A DNA stretch of 64,000 bases from Candidatus Hydrothermarchaeum profundi. GTDB lineage: Archaea; Hydrothermarchaeota; Hydrothermarchaeia; Hydrothermarchaeales; Hydrothermarchaeaceae. The notes beneath the pieces were generated by a model. That model was not told the origin of the DNA. It saw only the letters and a list, made by a program, of their open reading frames with translations, and did no database searches. Made by a program: the position numbers and the translations under genes. How positions within the stretch are numbered: the stretch's first letter is position 1; each line of letters begins with the position of its first letter. This document shows positions 1 through 9,620 of the stretch, piece after piece. The DNA is taken from the NCBI GenBank assembly GCA_002011125.2, contig MTMF02000009.1:160001-224000 (forward strand), written 5' to 3'.

Positions 1-252
1 AGCATGATCCTTCTCAGTATGATTAACTATCACATAGTCAATTTCCGAGGGATCTATTATGTTCCTAATCCTTTCGAGTAACTCGGAGTGAAATCCCGTC
101 TTAACGGTGTCTATAAGGACATTTTTTTCATCTAAAATTAGATAGGCGTTATATGTGGTTCCAATCGGAGTAGTGTAGGAACCGCAAAAACGTATATCCC
201 AGTCAATAGCTCCGACCCAATATATCCCATCAGCTAGCTTGACATCTTTCAT
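1..252 (-). CDS. fprA: Flavodiiron protein (FprA/A-type flavoprotein), N-terminal part; runs off the window
   Basis: Manual translation MKDVKLADGIYWVGAIDWDIRFCGSYTTPIGTTYNAYLILDEKNVLIDTVK...DYVIVNHTEKDHA has the GTTYNAY and HxExDH motifs. GAGGT RBS upstream. Confidence 0.92.
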   Translation of the reverse strand, partial: MKDVKLADGIYWVGAIDWDIRFCGSYTTPIGTTYNAYLILDEKNVLIDTVKTGFHSELLERIRNIIDPSEIDYVIVNHTEKDHA

Positions 253-274
253 ATGAGCTACCTCGATTTAATAC

Positions 275-379
275 TTAAACCTTTGAGAAGGAATTTTTAG
301 AACCGCATTCGGGACACTTTCTTGGTTTACATCTACTCTCCTTCTCAAAGCCGCAGTTTTCACATTTCCAAGTTGCCAT
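275..379 (-). CDS. 34-aa rubredoxin-like (RCKP-type) protein, not in the ORF track
   Basis: MATWKCENCGFEKESRCKPRKCPECGSKNSFSKV: two CxxC pairs and an RCKP motif, packed between sor and fprA. Confidence 0.85.
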   Translation of the reverse strand: MATWKCENCGFEKESRCKPRKCPECGSKNSFSKV

Positions 380-381
380 CT

Positions 382-744
382 TTACTCAACCCTTATTTCC
401 GAGGTGTTCTCCCACATACCATGGAGATTGCAACTCTCAATTGCCCTAAGAGTAGTGGACCCATCTAGTGAAACTTTAAAAGTTACCTCAGGTTCACTTT
501 TAACAGGCGATAAATCAGCTCTACCTATAAAGGCCTCACCCGCATAGAGTTCGATCCACTGGATAAAGTGTCCATATTCATTAGGATGTTTTAATAATTC
601 TCCAACCTTAACTGTAACGCTAAAGGCTTCATTTGCCTTCACAACTTCCGGAGCATAAAGTACCGGCAGATGCTTCTTTTCAAGATCGCTTAGATTTTCT
701 GGGTCTCCCGGCCTATTTATAGATTTTAAAGAAAACTCGGTCAT
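382..744 (-). CDS. sor: Superoxide reductase (neelaredoxin / class II SOR-like)
   Basis: EKKHLP, HP...HFIQWIEL and CNLHGMWE iron-ligand motifs. Confidence 0.93.
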   Translation of the reverse strand: MTEFSLKSINRPGDPENLSDLEKKHLPVLYAPEVVKANEAFSVTVKVGELLKHPNEYGHFIQWIELYAGEAFIGRADLSPVKSEPEVTFKVSLDGSTTLRAIESCNLHGMWENTSEIRVE

Positions 745-759
745 TTTTTCTACCTCCCT

Positions 760-1173
760 TCATTTTGATAATAAGCTGTTCCAAGTATGAAGATGCTCTT
801 CTTCATCAGCCAAAACTTCTTCGTAAATTCTTCTCGTAACATAGTCGTTTTCCTCTATACAAATCTTTATATGCTTGTTATACATCTCAACGGCACCTTC
901 TTCAAGCTCCAAGTCATCTCTAATCATTTTTTCAAGATTACCTCCCACTTTAATAGGGTTAGGCTTTATTGTAGGTACTCCTCCAAGATAGTTTAATCTC
1001 TTTGCAAAGGCTTCAGCATGCTTCATCTCAGTTATAGAGATATTTCTAAAAATTTCTTTTATTTTTAGGCTCTCCATGCCAGTTGCCATGACATTATGCC
1101 ACATATACTGAGTTATAGCTGTTAACTCCCGAGCTATAGCTTGGTTTAACGCCTCTTTTATTTTTTCAGACAT
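760..1173 (-). CDS. Short bacterioferritin-like protein (copy 2)
   Basis: Ferroxidase residues (ELTAITQY, EMKH, EE..H) and the heme-ligand Met in EMKH; ends without a C-terminal E helix. Confidence 0.88.
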   Translation of the reverse strand: MSEKIKEALNQAIARELTAITQYMWHNVMATGMESLKIKEIFRNISITEMKHAEAFAKRLNYLGGVPTIKPNPIKVGGNLEKMIRDDLELEEGAVEMYNKHIKICIEENDYVTRRIYEEVLADEEEHLHTWNSLLSK

Positions 1174-1175
1174 TG

Positions 1176-1619
1176 TTATAACCCCTCCTCTCCGAGAGTC
1201 TTGATATCAAGCACTGAACTCCAAAAATCGTCATGTTCTTGTTCATCAGCTATTATTTTTTCGAGCATACGTTTTGTGACAAAATCCCCTTCCTCATCAC
1301 ATAGTCTTACATGCTCAGTGTATTGTTTAATAGCTATACGCTCGCCCTTAAGATCATCCTTAATCATCTTTTTTAAATCCCCCCCAACTCTAATTTCAGC
1401 TGGTTTTGTAGTAGGGGTGCCCCCAAGATAGGTTATCCTATTAGCAATAGCCTCTGCATGTTTCATCTCTACAATGGAAATTTCTTTGAACTTTTGCTGT
1501 ATATGCGGACTCTCTAAACCCGTAGCCATTACGTGATGCCACATATACTGAGTTATAGCACTAAGTTCAAGCGCTAAATCTGAGTTTAATGCTTCCACTA
1601 TTTTCTTATTCAAAACCAC
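1176..1619 (-). CDS. Short bacterioferritin-like protein (copy 1)
   Basis: ELSAITQYMWHH, EMKHAE, LGGTP, DEQEH; clear paralog of 760-1173. Confidence 0.88.
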   Translation of the reverse strand: MVLNKKIVEALNSDLALELSAITQYMWHHVMATGLESPHIQQKFKEISIVEMKHAEAIANRITYLGGTPTTKPAEIRVGGDLKKMIKDDLKGERIAIKQYTEHVRLCDEEGDFVTKRMLEKIIADEQEHDDFWSSVLDIKTLGEEGL

Positions 1620-1857
1620 TCGCCTCCAACGGTGCTCATTCGCGATATTTATCTTCTAAAATACGGTTAATTAACTTGATTACGAATAATAAAAAAAATA
1701 GGACATTAAATTATTGAATCACTACTTCAATCCTATTATAAAAAGACAAATATAGCAACGGCCCTAAAATTACTCTTTTTTAATCATAAAATAATGAAAT
1801 ATTGAAATATGAAAATACCATTTTTTTAATTCGATTTTCTTAAGAGGTGGTTACTCC

Positions 1858-2307
1858 ATGACTTGGAAGACATTAGTAACTAAAAATTTTATTTTTCTAT
1901 CATTGCTCCTTGCAGTTATCTTAATCGCAGGATGTGTTACGTCACAGCCTGAGGAAAACATACTAGCCCTTCCTAATGAAGCAATAAAGCTAAGCGAAGT
2001 TGTACCTGGGATGGGAGAGCACTGGGCGATTCCTTCTGATCTTCCTTTCGGACCGATATACCTAGTTCATGAAGGAAAGATCATTGGGATCGAGTATATG
2101 ATTCACGAAGATGAGTTAGAGAGCAACCCTATTACATTACCATCAGGCGAAGTAATAGGCAGGCCTTTCATTATGTCAACACTAGGCCAGAAAATCAATC
2201 ATGTAGAACTAAATTACCTGCCACAAGGACATGCAGGCGACGAAGAGCCTCATTATGACTTGCACATGTATTTCATATCGAAAGAAGGGCGGGAACAAAT
2301 AAAATAA
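1858..2307 (+). CDS. Putative lipoprotein with a His-rich metal-binding-like domain (DUF5602-like)
   Basis: Signal peptide with LIAGC lipobox; PGMGEHW, IGIEY and GH...PHYDLHMYF motifs. Confidence 0.6.
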   Translation: MTWKTLVTKNFIFLSLLLAVILIAGCVTSQPEENILALPNEAIKLSEVVPGMGEHWAIPSDLPFGPIYLVHEGKIIGIEYMIHEDELESNPITLPSGEVIGRPFIMSTLGQKINHVELNYLPQGHAGDEEPHYDLHMYFISKEGREQIK

Positions 2308-2377
2308 CCACAACCACTACATCTAAATTCAAATGATGCCCTACAATTATTTAATTGAAAAACAAAATATTTAATTT

Positions 2378-3094
2378 GTGAATAGAGGAATAGATAAAAA
2401 TCATCACGAAGTTTCTGTTGTAGTTCCAGCATACAACGAGGAAAAACTTTTAAAAAGCTGCCTAGAATCCCTAAGAAACCAGAGCCTTGAAGCACATGAA
2501 ATAATTGTAGTGGACAATGCAAGCACAGATGATACAGCCAAAATAGCAAAAGAATACGCAGATAAAGTAGTATATGAGCCTAGAAAAGGAGTTGCTTTCG
2601 CTAGGCAAAGAGGGTTTAAAGAGGCAAAGGGAGATCTAATAGCTTCTACCGATGCAGACACCATCGTTACTGAAAACTGGATAAGAGAGATACAGAAAAG
2701 TTTTCATAAAAATATAGTCTGCGTATATGGTCCAGTATATCTTGCTGACGCCACAGTATTTGAAAAATATTTAGCTAAGTTTGGATTTACTTTTTTTCTC
2801 ATAGCGAGTCATTACCTAGGGGTCCCAAATATAACAGGTATGAATTTTGCAGTATCTAAAAGGGCCTTCGAGCATGTAGGAGGTTTCGATTTAACTGTGA
2901 AATCTGCTGAAGATGTTACTCTTGCCCTGAAGCTTAAAAAAATTGGAAAGATGCATTTTAATTCGAAGATGCTGGTTTATACCTCTGCCAGAAGACTTCA
3001 AGCGGGAAGGAGAGATTTCTTAACCCATCATGCCTTAAATTACTTGTCTATATTATTCCATGGTAAAACGAGGGGATTTGAAGATATTAGATAA
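2378..3094 (+). CDS. Glycosyltransferase family 2
   Basis: VSVVVPAYNEE, VVDNASTD, TDAD (DxD) and ED motifs. Confidence 0.92.
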   Translation: MNRGIDKNHHEVSVVVPAYNEEKLLKSCLESLRNQSLEAHEIIVVDNASTDDTAKIAKEYADKVVYEPRKGVAFARQRGFKEAKGDLIASTDADTIVTENWIREIQKSFHKNIVCVYGPVYLADATVFEKYLAKFGFTFFLIASHYLGVPNITGMNFAVSKRAFEHVGGFDLTVKSAEDVTLALKLKKIGKMHFNSKMLVYTSARRLQAGRRDFLTHHALNYLSILFHGKTRGFEDIR

Positions 3095-3105
3095 ATGCAT
3101 AGACC

Positions 3106-3139
3106 TATATAAAAAGTATTCTAACAAATCGTTACTAAA
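3106..3139 (+). promoter_or_regulatory. Thermosome promoter: TATA box plus HSR1/Phr-type heat-shock repressor operator
   Basis: TATATAAA at 3106-3113, followed by CTAAC-AAATC-GTTAC (3121-3135), one mismatch from the A. fulgidus HSR1 site CTAAC-N5-GTTAG. Also fits the Phr pattern TTTnnTnnCn5GnnAnnAAA with one mismatch. Confidence 0.7.
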
Positions 3140-3277
3140 ATATTTTAAGATGTTATCCAACTCCCGTTTTCGTGTTAGAACTTAGAAATGGAGGTGCCGT
3201 GTAGGAGATTGGCAGAAAATCTACATGGAACCTTATTTCTGATTATTACCAAAAACTAAAATCAAGGAGGTGTGAAA

Positions 3278-4921
3278 TTGGCAGCACAGCTTGGTGGACA
3301 ACCGATACTAATATTGTCGGATAAGACTCAAAGAACTATTGGGAGAGATGCCCAACGGATGAATATTTTAGCGGCTAGAGTAATCGCCGAAAGCGTAAAA
3401 ACCACCTTGGGCCCGCGGGGAATGGATAAGATGCTTGTTGATAGCTTAGGCGACGTGGTGGTAACGAATGATGGTGTGACCATACTAAAGGAAATGGATG
3501 TTGAGCATCCCGCGGCTAAAATGATGGTGGAGATAGCAAAAACACAGGATGACGAGGTCGGCGATGGCACTACTACAGCGGTAGTAATCGGAGGAGAACT
3601 TCTCAAGCGAGCAGAAGAGTTGCTCGACCAAGACGTTCATCCAACGGTCGTGGCTAATGGCTACAGAATGGCTGCCGAGAAGGCTGAAGAAATTATAAAA
3701 GATATTTCCATCGAAGTGAAAAAAGATGATATCAAGACTCTGAAAAAAGTTGCAATAACTGCAATGACGGGTAAAGGAGCCGAGAAGTCCAAAGAATACT
3801 TAGCTGATCTAGTGGTCAAAGCCGTACTGGCGGTCGCAGAGGAAGAGGACGGAAAGATCATGGTCGACACTGACAATATAAAACTTGAGAAGAAAGAAGG
3901 AGGAGGAATCGAGGATACAGAGCTGGTACAGGGTATTGTAATAGACAAGGAAAGAGTACATCCTGGAATGCCCCGAAAGATTGAAAACGCCAAGATTGCC
4001 TTACTCAATACATCTATAGAAATAGAGAAGACCGAGATAGATGCGGAGATCAGAATCACAGATCCAAATCAACTCAAGGCGTTTATAGATGAAGAAGAGA
4101 GAATGCTTAAGGATATGGTAATGAAGATCAAAGAATCCGGTGCAAACGTGCTTATATGCCAGAAAGGCATCGACGACCTAGCCCAGCACTATCTAGCAAA
4201 AGAAGGAATCTTCGCCGTACGTAGAGCTAAGAAGAGTGATATGGAAAAGCTTGCCAGAGCTACTGGAGCGAAAATCGTAACTAATATCGAAGACCTAAGC
4301 CCTGACGACTTAGGATACGCTGGAGTAGTCGAAGAGATAAAAATTGGAGATGACGAGATGACCTTTGTCAGAGACTGCAAAGACCCGAAAGCGGTGACGA
4401 TACTTATACGTGGAGGTACTGAGCATATTGTAGATGAAGTAGAGAGAGCTTTAGAGGACTGCCTTGGTGTAGTGCCTGCAGCCTTAGAGGACGAGAGTAT
4501 AGTACCTGGTGGCGGAGCAGCTGAAGTTGAAATTGCAAAGAGACTCAGAGACTATGCTAAGACGGTTGGGGGCAGAGAGCAGTTAGCTATAGAAGCCTTC
4601 GCTGATTCTCTAGAAGTCATCCCACGCGCCCTCTCCGAGAATGCCGGACTAGACCCAATAGATATGATCGTAGAACTGAGAGCGAAACATGAGCAAGAGA
4701 AAAACGGAGTAAGATTCGGACTAGACGTTATCGAAGGTAAAGTGAAGGACATGTTCAAAGACGGCGTGGTAGAACCAGCACGAGTGAAAACCCAAGCGAT
4801 ATCAAGCGCAAGCGAAGTGGCTGTGATGATACTACGAATAGACGATGTAATCGCGGCCTCTAAGTTAGAAAAGGAATCGCCACCAACGCCTCCTGAAGGC
4901 GGAGAAGGTGGTGAATTCTAA
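3278..4921 (+). CDS. ths: Thermosome (group II chaperonin) subunit
   Basis: [19 protein letters not shown] and GDGTTT motifs. The TTG start at 3278 follows a GGAGGTG RBS. Confidence 0.97.
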   Translation: MAAQLGGQPILILSDKTQRTIGRDAQRMNILAARVIAESVKTTLGPRGMDKMLVDSLGDVVVTNDGVTILKEMDVEHPAAKMMVEIAKTQDDEVGDGTTTAVVIGGELLKRAEELLDQDVHPTVVANGYRMAAEKAEEIIKDISIEVKKDDIKTLKKVAITAMTGKGAEKSKEYLADLVVKAVLAVAEEEDGKIMVDTDNIKLEKKEGGGIEDTELVQGIVIDKERVHPGMPRKIENAKIALLNTSIEIEKTEIDAEIRITDPNQLKAFIDEEERMLKDMVMKIKESGANVLICQKGIDDLAQHYLAKEGIFAVRRAKKSDMEKLARATGAKIVTNIEDLSPDDLGYAGVVEEIKIGDDEMTFVRDCKDPKAVTILIRGGTEHIVDEVERALEDCLGVVPAALEDESIVPGGGAAEVEIAKRLRDYAKTVGGREQLAIEAFADSLEVIPRALSENAGLDPIDMIVELRAKHEQEKNGVRFGLDVIEGKVKDMFKDGVVEPARVKTQAISSASEVAVMILRIDDVIAASKLEKESPPTPPEGGEGGEF

Positions 4922-4950
4922 GGGTGGATAATCCACCCATCTTATTTTTT
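4922..4950 (+). terminator. Hairpin plus T-tract after the thermosome gene
   Basis: GGGTGGAT-A-ATCCACCC inverted repeat followed by TTATTTTTT. Confidence 0.65.
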
Positions 4951-4995
4951 GTTTGATTAATTGCTCAGAAAAATTTTTGAGGGGGAGATTTAAAC

Positions 4996-5127
4996 ATGCC
5001 TCAGAAATGTTTTTGTGGAGTAGAATTAGAAATTATTAAAAAAGGTCGTATTTTAAGGTGCCCTGTGGAAGGAATAATTTATGAATATCCAAATAGAGTA
5101 AGTAGTGGAGAAGGTGCAAAGTCTTAA
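4996..5127 (+). CDS. 43-aa putative zinc-ribbon-like microprotein
   Basis: MPQKCFCGVELEIIKKGRILRCPVEGIIYEYPNRVSSGEGAKS, with a GGGGGAG RBS upstream. Confidence 0.5.
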   Translation: MPQKCFCGVELEIIKKGRILRCPVEGIIYEYPNRVSSGEGAKS

Positions 5128-5364
5128 AAAATATCTAATCTTTCTTCAAGTAGAAGTAAATCTTATGCTGGAGAGATTGATTAGGTATTTAGAGAATTAA
5201 TGCATCAATGCTAAGCTTTGAAAAAACATGAATTCTATTGGCTCCTCTCGTAGATTGATTACTAGGTGACTTATGCTAATAAAATCCGAAAAGGTCCAAA
5301 CAGCCTTATAGAAGTTTCTTCAATCCCCCCCAATATGAGGATAACCCATAATCCTTAAATCGAA

Positions 5365-5907
5365 TTATAAAATAAAAACTGCGGCGGCTACTACGGTTGT
5401 CCATCGACCGTCTTTTCCAACTACTGCCGACTGAGTAACGTTTGTGGTCCTCACGATTTTGCCGCTGATCTTCCAAAGTTCTCTCCTTTCATCATAGTCT
5501 TTTTCAGGATCAAAATCTATCCCAAGCGTAGTAGCCAGCATGCTCGCTGCCAGGTCCTCAGCATAATCTCCTGCCTTTGTTTCGTTTTCTCCAAACGAAT
5601 GATGCTCACTGAGATACCCGTATAATCCTTTTTCCGCGGGGATAGCACATCCAACTGAAGCGGCTAGAAGACGCCTAGGCTCATTACTAGAATTAACACT
5701 CATAACGCAGTGTACTATCTGTCCAGGTAGCAACTCTTTTAAACCTTTTTCCCTAGGAATAACCTTACAATTTGGAGGCAGTATGCTGGAGACCTTCACT
5801 AGATTGTATTTTTCAATTTTAGCATTTCTTAGAGCTAACTCAAAGGATTCTAATTTTTCTTTGTGCCTTCCTACACCTTTTGTAAAAAAGACTTTCCTAG
5901 GAATCAT
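5365..5907 (-). CDS. pdaD: Pyruvoyl-dependent arginine decarboxylase
   Basis: [25 protein letters not shown] with the SS self-cleavage site; GYLSEHH. Confidence 0.95.
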   Translation of the reverse strand: MIPRKVFFTKGVGRHKEKLESFELALRNAKIEKYNLVKVSSILPPNCKVIPREKGLKELLPGQIVHCVMSVNSSNEPRRLLAASVGCAIPAEKGLYGYLSEHHSFGENETKAGDYAEDLAASMLATTLGIDFDPEKDYDERRELWKISGKIVRTTNVTQSAVVGKDGRWTTVVAAAVFIL

Positions 5908-5909
5908 TA

Positions 5910-6947
5910 TTACACCGCGTATGATAAGCTAAGATTTCCGTTCCAATCGTATTTTGGCTTTTTCCTTTTTTTTGCTGTTTTTAAAGATTTCTCCAAGAGA
6001 GCATGAGAAACTATAGGCAAAGCGATAGTAGCATCGACATGAACTTGAATTTTACTAGCTACAGAATCAATCTTCCCCCAAGAAACCGCCTCCTCAAAAG
6101 TGCTCCCACTTAAACCTCCCCACTGAGGCATATCGGTCGTAAACTGGATCGCATAACTATGCCCCCCAAGATCGGTACCGGTATTCCTAGCTATAACCTC
6201 GGTTTGCTGAATAAAGTTTTTAGGTACACCTCCTCCGATATAAATTACTCCAGTTTTTTCTGCCTTCTCCACTATCTGAGTGACCTCCTCTACATCCTTC
6301 ATCTGATTAATGTTAGGGCATTCACCATGCTCTCTTGATAACATCGCCAATGCGATACCAATAGAGCTATCTCCCAAGGCAGGAACGAATAATGGGACAC
6401 CAGCTTCATATGCGCTTACTATTATGGAATCCTTAGCGCCCCCATTTTTTTTAATCTCTTCGCCTAAAAGATAAAGGAATTCCCTAGAAGAGTACTCCTT
6501 CTTATCCAATTTCTTCGCAAATCCTCCTATTAATCTGTCAGTTTCTGCAAATTTATCTTCATCGGCGAATATATCGTACATTCTATCGATTTTATATCTA
6601 TAAAGTTCAGCATCATTAACAACTGGAGTACCCACATAGTGTTTCTCGCCTATCGCTTCATAAATATCATGAAAAATATTTGCCCCAGTTGAAACCAAGC
6701 AATCTACCATTCTCTCCCTTATAAAAAAAGAGATTATGCGCCTCATGCCAGCAGGCACCATTGCCCCACTAAGGCCCATCAATATAACTATCTTATCCTC
6801 ATGTAACATAGAATCCCATATTTCTATACTTTCTGCAAGTTTTCTACCTTGGAAACCGGTATAGAGCATAGACTCAAGTAGACTAGAAATCTTTCTTTCT
6901 TTTACTATTATAGGCTCAGTAGGTCTTCTTAAAAAATCTCGCTTCAC
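5910..6947 (-). CDS. Deoxyhypusine synthase-like protein (DHS/SpeY family)
   Basis: [17 protein letters not shown] and [16 protein letters not shown] (catalytic Lys retained). Confidence 0.9.
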   Translation of the reverse strand: MKRDFLRRPTEPIIVKERKISSLLESMLYTGFQGRKLAESIEIWDSMLHEDKIVILMGLSGAMVPAGMRRIISFFIRERMVDCLVSTGANIFHDIYEAIGEKHYVGTPVVNDAELYRYKIDRMYDIFADEDKFAETDRLIGGFAKKLDKKEYSSREFLYLLGEEIKKNGGAKDSIIVSAYEAGVPLFVPALGDSSIGIALAMLSREHGECPNINQMKDVEEVTQIVEKAEKTGVIYIGGGVPKNFIQQTEVIARNTGTDLGGHSYAIQFTTDMPQWGGLSGSTFEEAVSWGKIDSVASKIQVHVDATIALPIVSHALLEKSLKTAKKRKKPKYDWNGNLSLSYAV

Positions 6948-7053
6948 GAAATCTCACATAAGGGAAGATTATATTTAAAATTTCTGTAATTATTAGTAAT
7001 TTTTACCTAAAAATTTATTACGAAAATAAAAAGAATGTAAAGTAGGTGTAGAT

Positions 7054-7707
7054 ATGGTATACGAACTCGATGAATCAAAGCTTAAAAATATTAAAAAAGA
7101 ATTCGAAAAGTTAAGAGAGGATGTGAAATTAATTCTTTTTACCGGTGATAAGGACTCCTGTATTAACTGTAAGGAAATTGAAGAAATGATAGAGCAAATC
7201 GCAGCTCTATCAGACAAAATAAAGATTGCTAAAGGGCTCACACTTAAGTCAGAAGAGGCTAAAAAATATAAGATTGATAAACACCCTGCAATTGTGATTG
7301 AGGGCTCCAAAGGAAAGATAAGATACTTCGGCATACCTATTGCAAAAGAATTTATGCCGTTCATATATACGCTCGTAGATGTTTCCTCCGGCACCCCTAA
7401 ACTAAGCCCTACAACTGTTAAGAGAATTTCAAAAGTAAAAACCCCAGTTCATCTAAAGGTATTTACAACTCCAACCTGCCCATATTGCCCTACCATGGTG
7501 CGACTGACCCAAAAACTTGCTATGATTAATGAGAATATAATAGCTGATATGATTGATGCCCTGGAATTCCCAGAGTTAGCCCAGAAGTACCAAGTATTTT
7601 CAGTGCCAAAGATTATAATAAACGATAAATTAAACATTGACGGGGTTCAGCCTGAACCGGTAATAGTCGATAAGATCATAGAATCTACGCACTTAATAGA
7701 ATATTAG
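7054..7707 (+). CDS. Protein disulfide oxidoreductase (two thioredoxin folds)
   Basis: CINC and CPYC active sites; SVP cis-Pro loop. Confidence 0.9.
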   Translation: MVYELDESKLKNIKKEFEKLREDVKLILFTGDKDSCINCKEIEEMIEQIAALSDKIKIAKGLTLKSEEAKKYKIDKHPAIVIEGSKGKIRYFGIPIAKEFMPFIYTLVDVSSGTPKLSPTTVKRISKVKTPVHLKVFTTPTCPYCPTMVRLTQKLAMINENIIADMIDALEFPELAQKYQVFSVPKIIINDKLNIDGVQPEPVIVDKIIESTHLIEY

Positions 7708-7844
7708 AAAGATTTTAAAAATGAAAATCTAGCGATAAGTTGTATTATAGTTTGATTTATAATTATAATTTTAGATGATACGTTTAAAATTTATAGTAAA
7801 GTTTAAATATTAGTTCAATAAAGTTATGTGGTGGTGAAATAAAA

Positions 7845-8018
7845 TTGACCGTCTACAATGTAACCATATGGAAAGCAAAATGCCGTGTATGTGGTGAAAT
7901 CTTTTCTACTTGTCTAGAAGAAGAACTCAAACATTGTAATGAACCATGCGAAATAGCATTTGGTATTGAAAAAGAAATAGCTGTACCTAAGGTACCTTCC
8001 CGATTATTTCGTCCCTAA
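7845..8018 (+). CDS. 57-aa Cys-rich, desulforedoxin-like microprotein
   Basis: MTVYNVTIWKAKCRVCGEIFSTCLEEELKHCNEPCEIAFG...; TTTAAATA box at about 7802 and GGTGGTGA RBS; 3' end overlaps the mer 3' end. Confidence 0.55.
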   Translation: MTVYNVTIWKAKCRVCGEIFSTCLEEELKHCNEPCEIAFGIEKEIAVPKVPSRLFRP

Positions 8019-8964
8019 CGATTTCTAGAGACCTTTTTTTATTAGGACCTATAGGTGATCCTAATACTACTTGAGAAACACCAAGTTTCGAAATTTCTTC
8101 AATCCTCTGTAGGCAATCTGCTGGCGTTCCATAAATCGAGAAGCAATCCATCATCTGATCTGTGACAGATTCAAATGCTTTCTTAAATTTTCTTCTTTCG
8201 AGAAATTTCCTAATAGTTTCAGAATCTTCTTGAGATATATCATGCCTCTCTAATACAGCCTTGGGGGAACCTGCAACTATAAAGGCCACTATAGGCTCAG
8301 CTGCTCTTCTAGCTTTAATGGGATCAAAATCGACCGAAAAGCATGTGAAAGCAGATACATCGATTTCACCTCTATTACCTCTCCCTTTCTTTATCTGTTT
8401 TACCGCATATTCTAGGTCTCGCTTATGAGAGGCATTAACTAGAACTCCATCCCCTACACGACCAGCCATCTCAAGCATCTTAGGTCCTTGTGCACCTACA
8501 TATATTGGGATATCCCTATTAGCTTTGATATTTAAAGTAGCCCCTTGGATTTTAAAAATTTCACCATCAAAACTCACAGTTTCTCCTGCCAATAATCTTC
8601 TTATTATAGTAATGCTTTCTTCTACTGCGCTGACAGGGCTCTTCATCTCTATACCTAAGCAATTTAATGTAGCTCTGTCACCAGCCCCAATCCCTAGCAT
8701 AGCTCTTCCGCCTGAAACTCTATCAAGTGATAATAGTGCAGAAGCATTAAGGACCGGATTATATAAATAAGGATTTGTGACACCGGGACCTAGTAGAATC
8801 CTTTCAGTATAGTTTGCGATAGTAGTCAAAATTATATAAACGTCTTGATTGTTAAAGTGATGAGTCACCCAAATAGAATCAAAGCCAAACTTCTCTGCCA
8901 TTATGCCGTAACTTGCAATCTTCCAAAAATCCTCTCTAGGAACAAACTCAACTCCAAAGCGCAC
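7987..8964 (-). CDS. mer: F420-dependent methylene-H4MPT reductase
   Basis: MRFGVEFVP, GPGVTNPY, GIGAGD, GAQGPKM, INASH-like and GSPIGP motifs. It has THHFNN where Mer usually has TDHYNN. Confidence 0.88.
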   Translation of the reverse strand: MRFGVEFVPREDFWKIASYGIMAEKFGFDSIWVTHHFNNQDVYIILTTIANYTERILLGPGVTNPYLYNPVLNASALLSLDRVSGGRAMLGIGAGDRATLNCLGIEMKSPVSAVEESITIIRRLLAGETVSFDGEIFKIQGATLNIKANRDIPIYVGAQGPKMLEMAGRVGDGVLVNASHKRDLEYAVKQIKKGRGNRGEIDVSAFTCFSVDFDPIKARRAAEPIVAFIVAGSPKAVLERHDISQEDSETIRKFLERRKFKKAFESVTDQMMDCFSIYGTPADCLQRIEEISKLGVSQVVLGSPIGPNKKRSLEIVRDEIIGKVP

Positions 8965-9007
8965 TCTAACCTAACTCCAATCTAACATAATATCCGCTTT
9001 GCGGAAT

Positions 9008-9367
9008 TTAGAACGGAGCGGAAATGATTTTTCTAGTTTCAGAGACCTCTTCTATGGCTTCAATCGTTTTTTCAGGTTCGAGAATCATGCTAGCTTTAAT
9101 AAGTTGAGTTACTCCGAATTTAGAACCAAGCATATCATGAGCTTCAAGGTAAAGGATCGTTCTAGCGAGACGGCTATCCAATCTAGCTTCCGTCTTGGAA
9201 TCGAGAAGGATTCCTAGAAGTTTATCCGCAAAGGCCTTCTTTTCTTCTGGAGATAACCCTTCAGCTATCTCCTCACACATTTTATCGAGGTCTTTCTCAG
9301 TACGTATTTTTTCCAAATTTCTCACCCCCTCACCCACTAATAAGGGGTTATTCATATATTTGCACAA
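9008..9367 (-). CDS. Hypothetical helical protein
   Basis: Charged helical composition, co-oriented upstream of mer; no family recognised. Confidence 0.6.
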   Translation of the reverse strand: MCKYMNNPLLVGEGVRNLEKIRTEKDLDKMCEEIAEGLSPEEKKAFADKLLGILLDSKTEARLDSRLARTILYLEAHDMLGSKFGVTQLIKASMILEPEKTIEAIEEVSETRKIISAPF

Positions 9368-9620
9368 CTTTGTATTTATATTTTTTGGGTTCCCATAAAA
9401 CTTAGTCTGAGACCCCCCCTTTTCTAGACTTAATTTTGTCGATTTCCATCACTAATATTATTCCCAGCATTATACTCGCTAACGCCAAGTACATCGTTAG
9501 AAGCTCTTCACTCATAAATTTAGATTTATTTTGTATTTATTTATAATTTTTCTTTAAACTATTCTATCTAAAACCAAAAATATAATGAAATTAGGAGTTT
9601 TATTGTTTTTAAATGTTTAT

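Noticed and set aside
1666-1675. GTTAATTAAC palindrome upstream of the ferritin operon as a SurR site
   Set aside because: Spacing differs from GTTn3AAC, and short AT-rich palindromes are common here
8854-8870. Mer THH instead of TDH as evidence of a different enzyme
   Set aside because: Single substitution; all other Mer motifs are present
9402-9494. 30-aa hydrophobic ORF on the minus strand (MYLALASIMLGIILVMEID...)
   Set aside because: No clear RBS or motif; cannot be supported without conservation data
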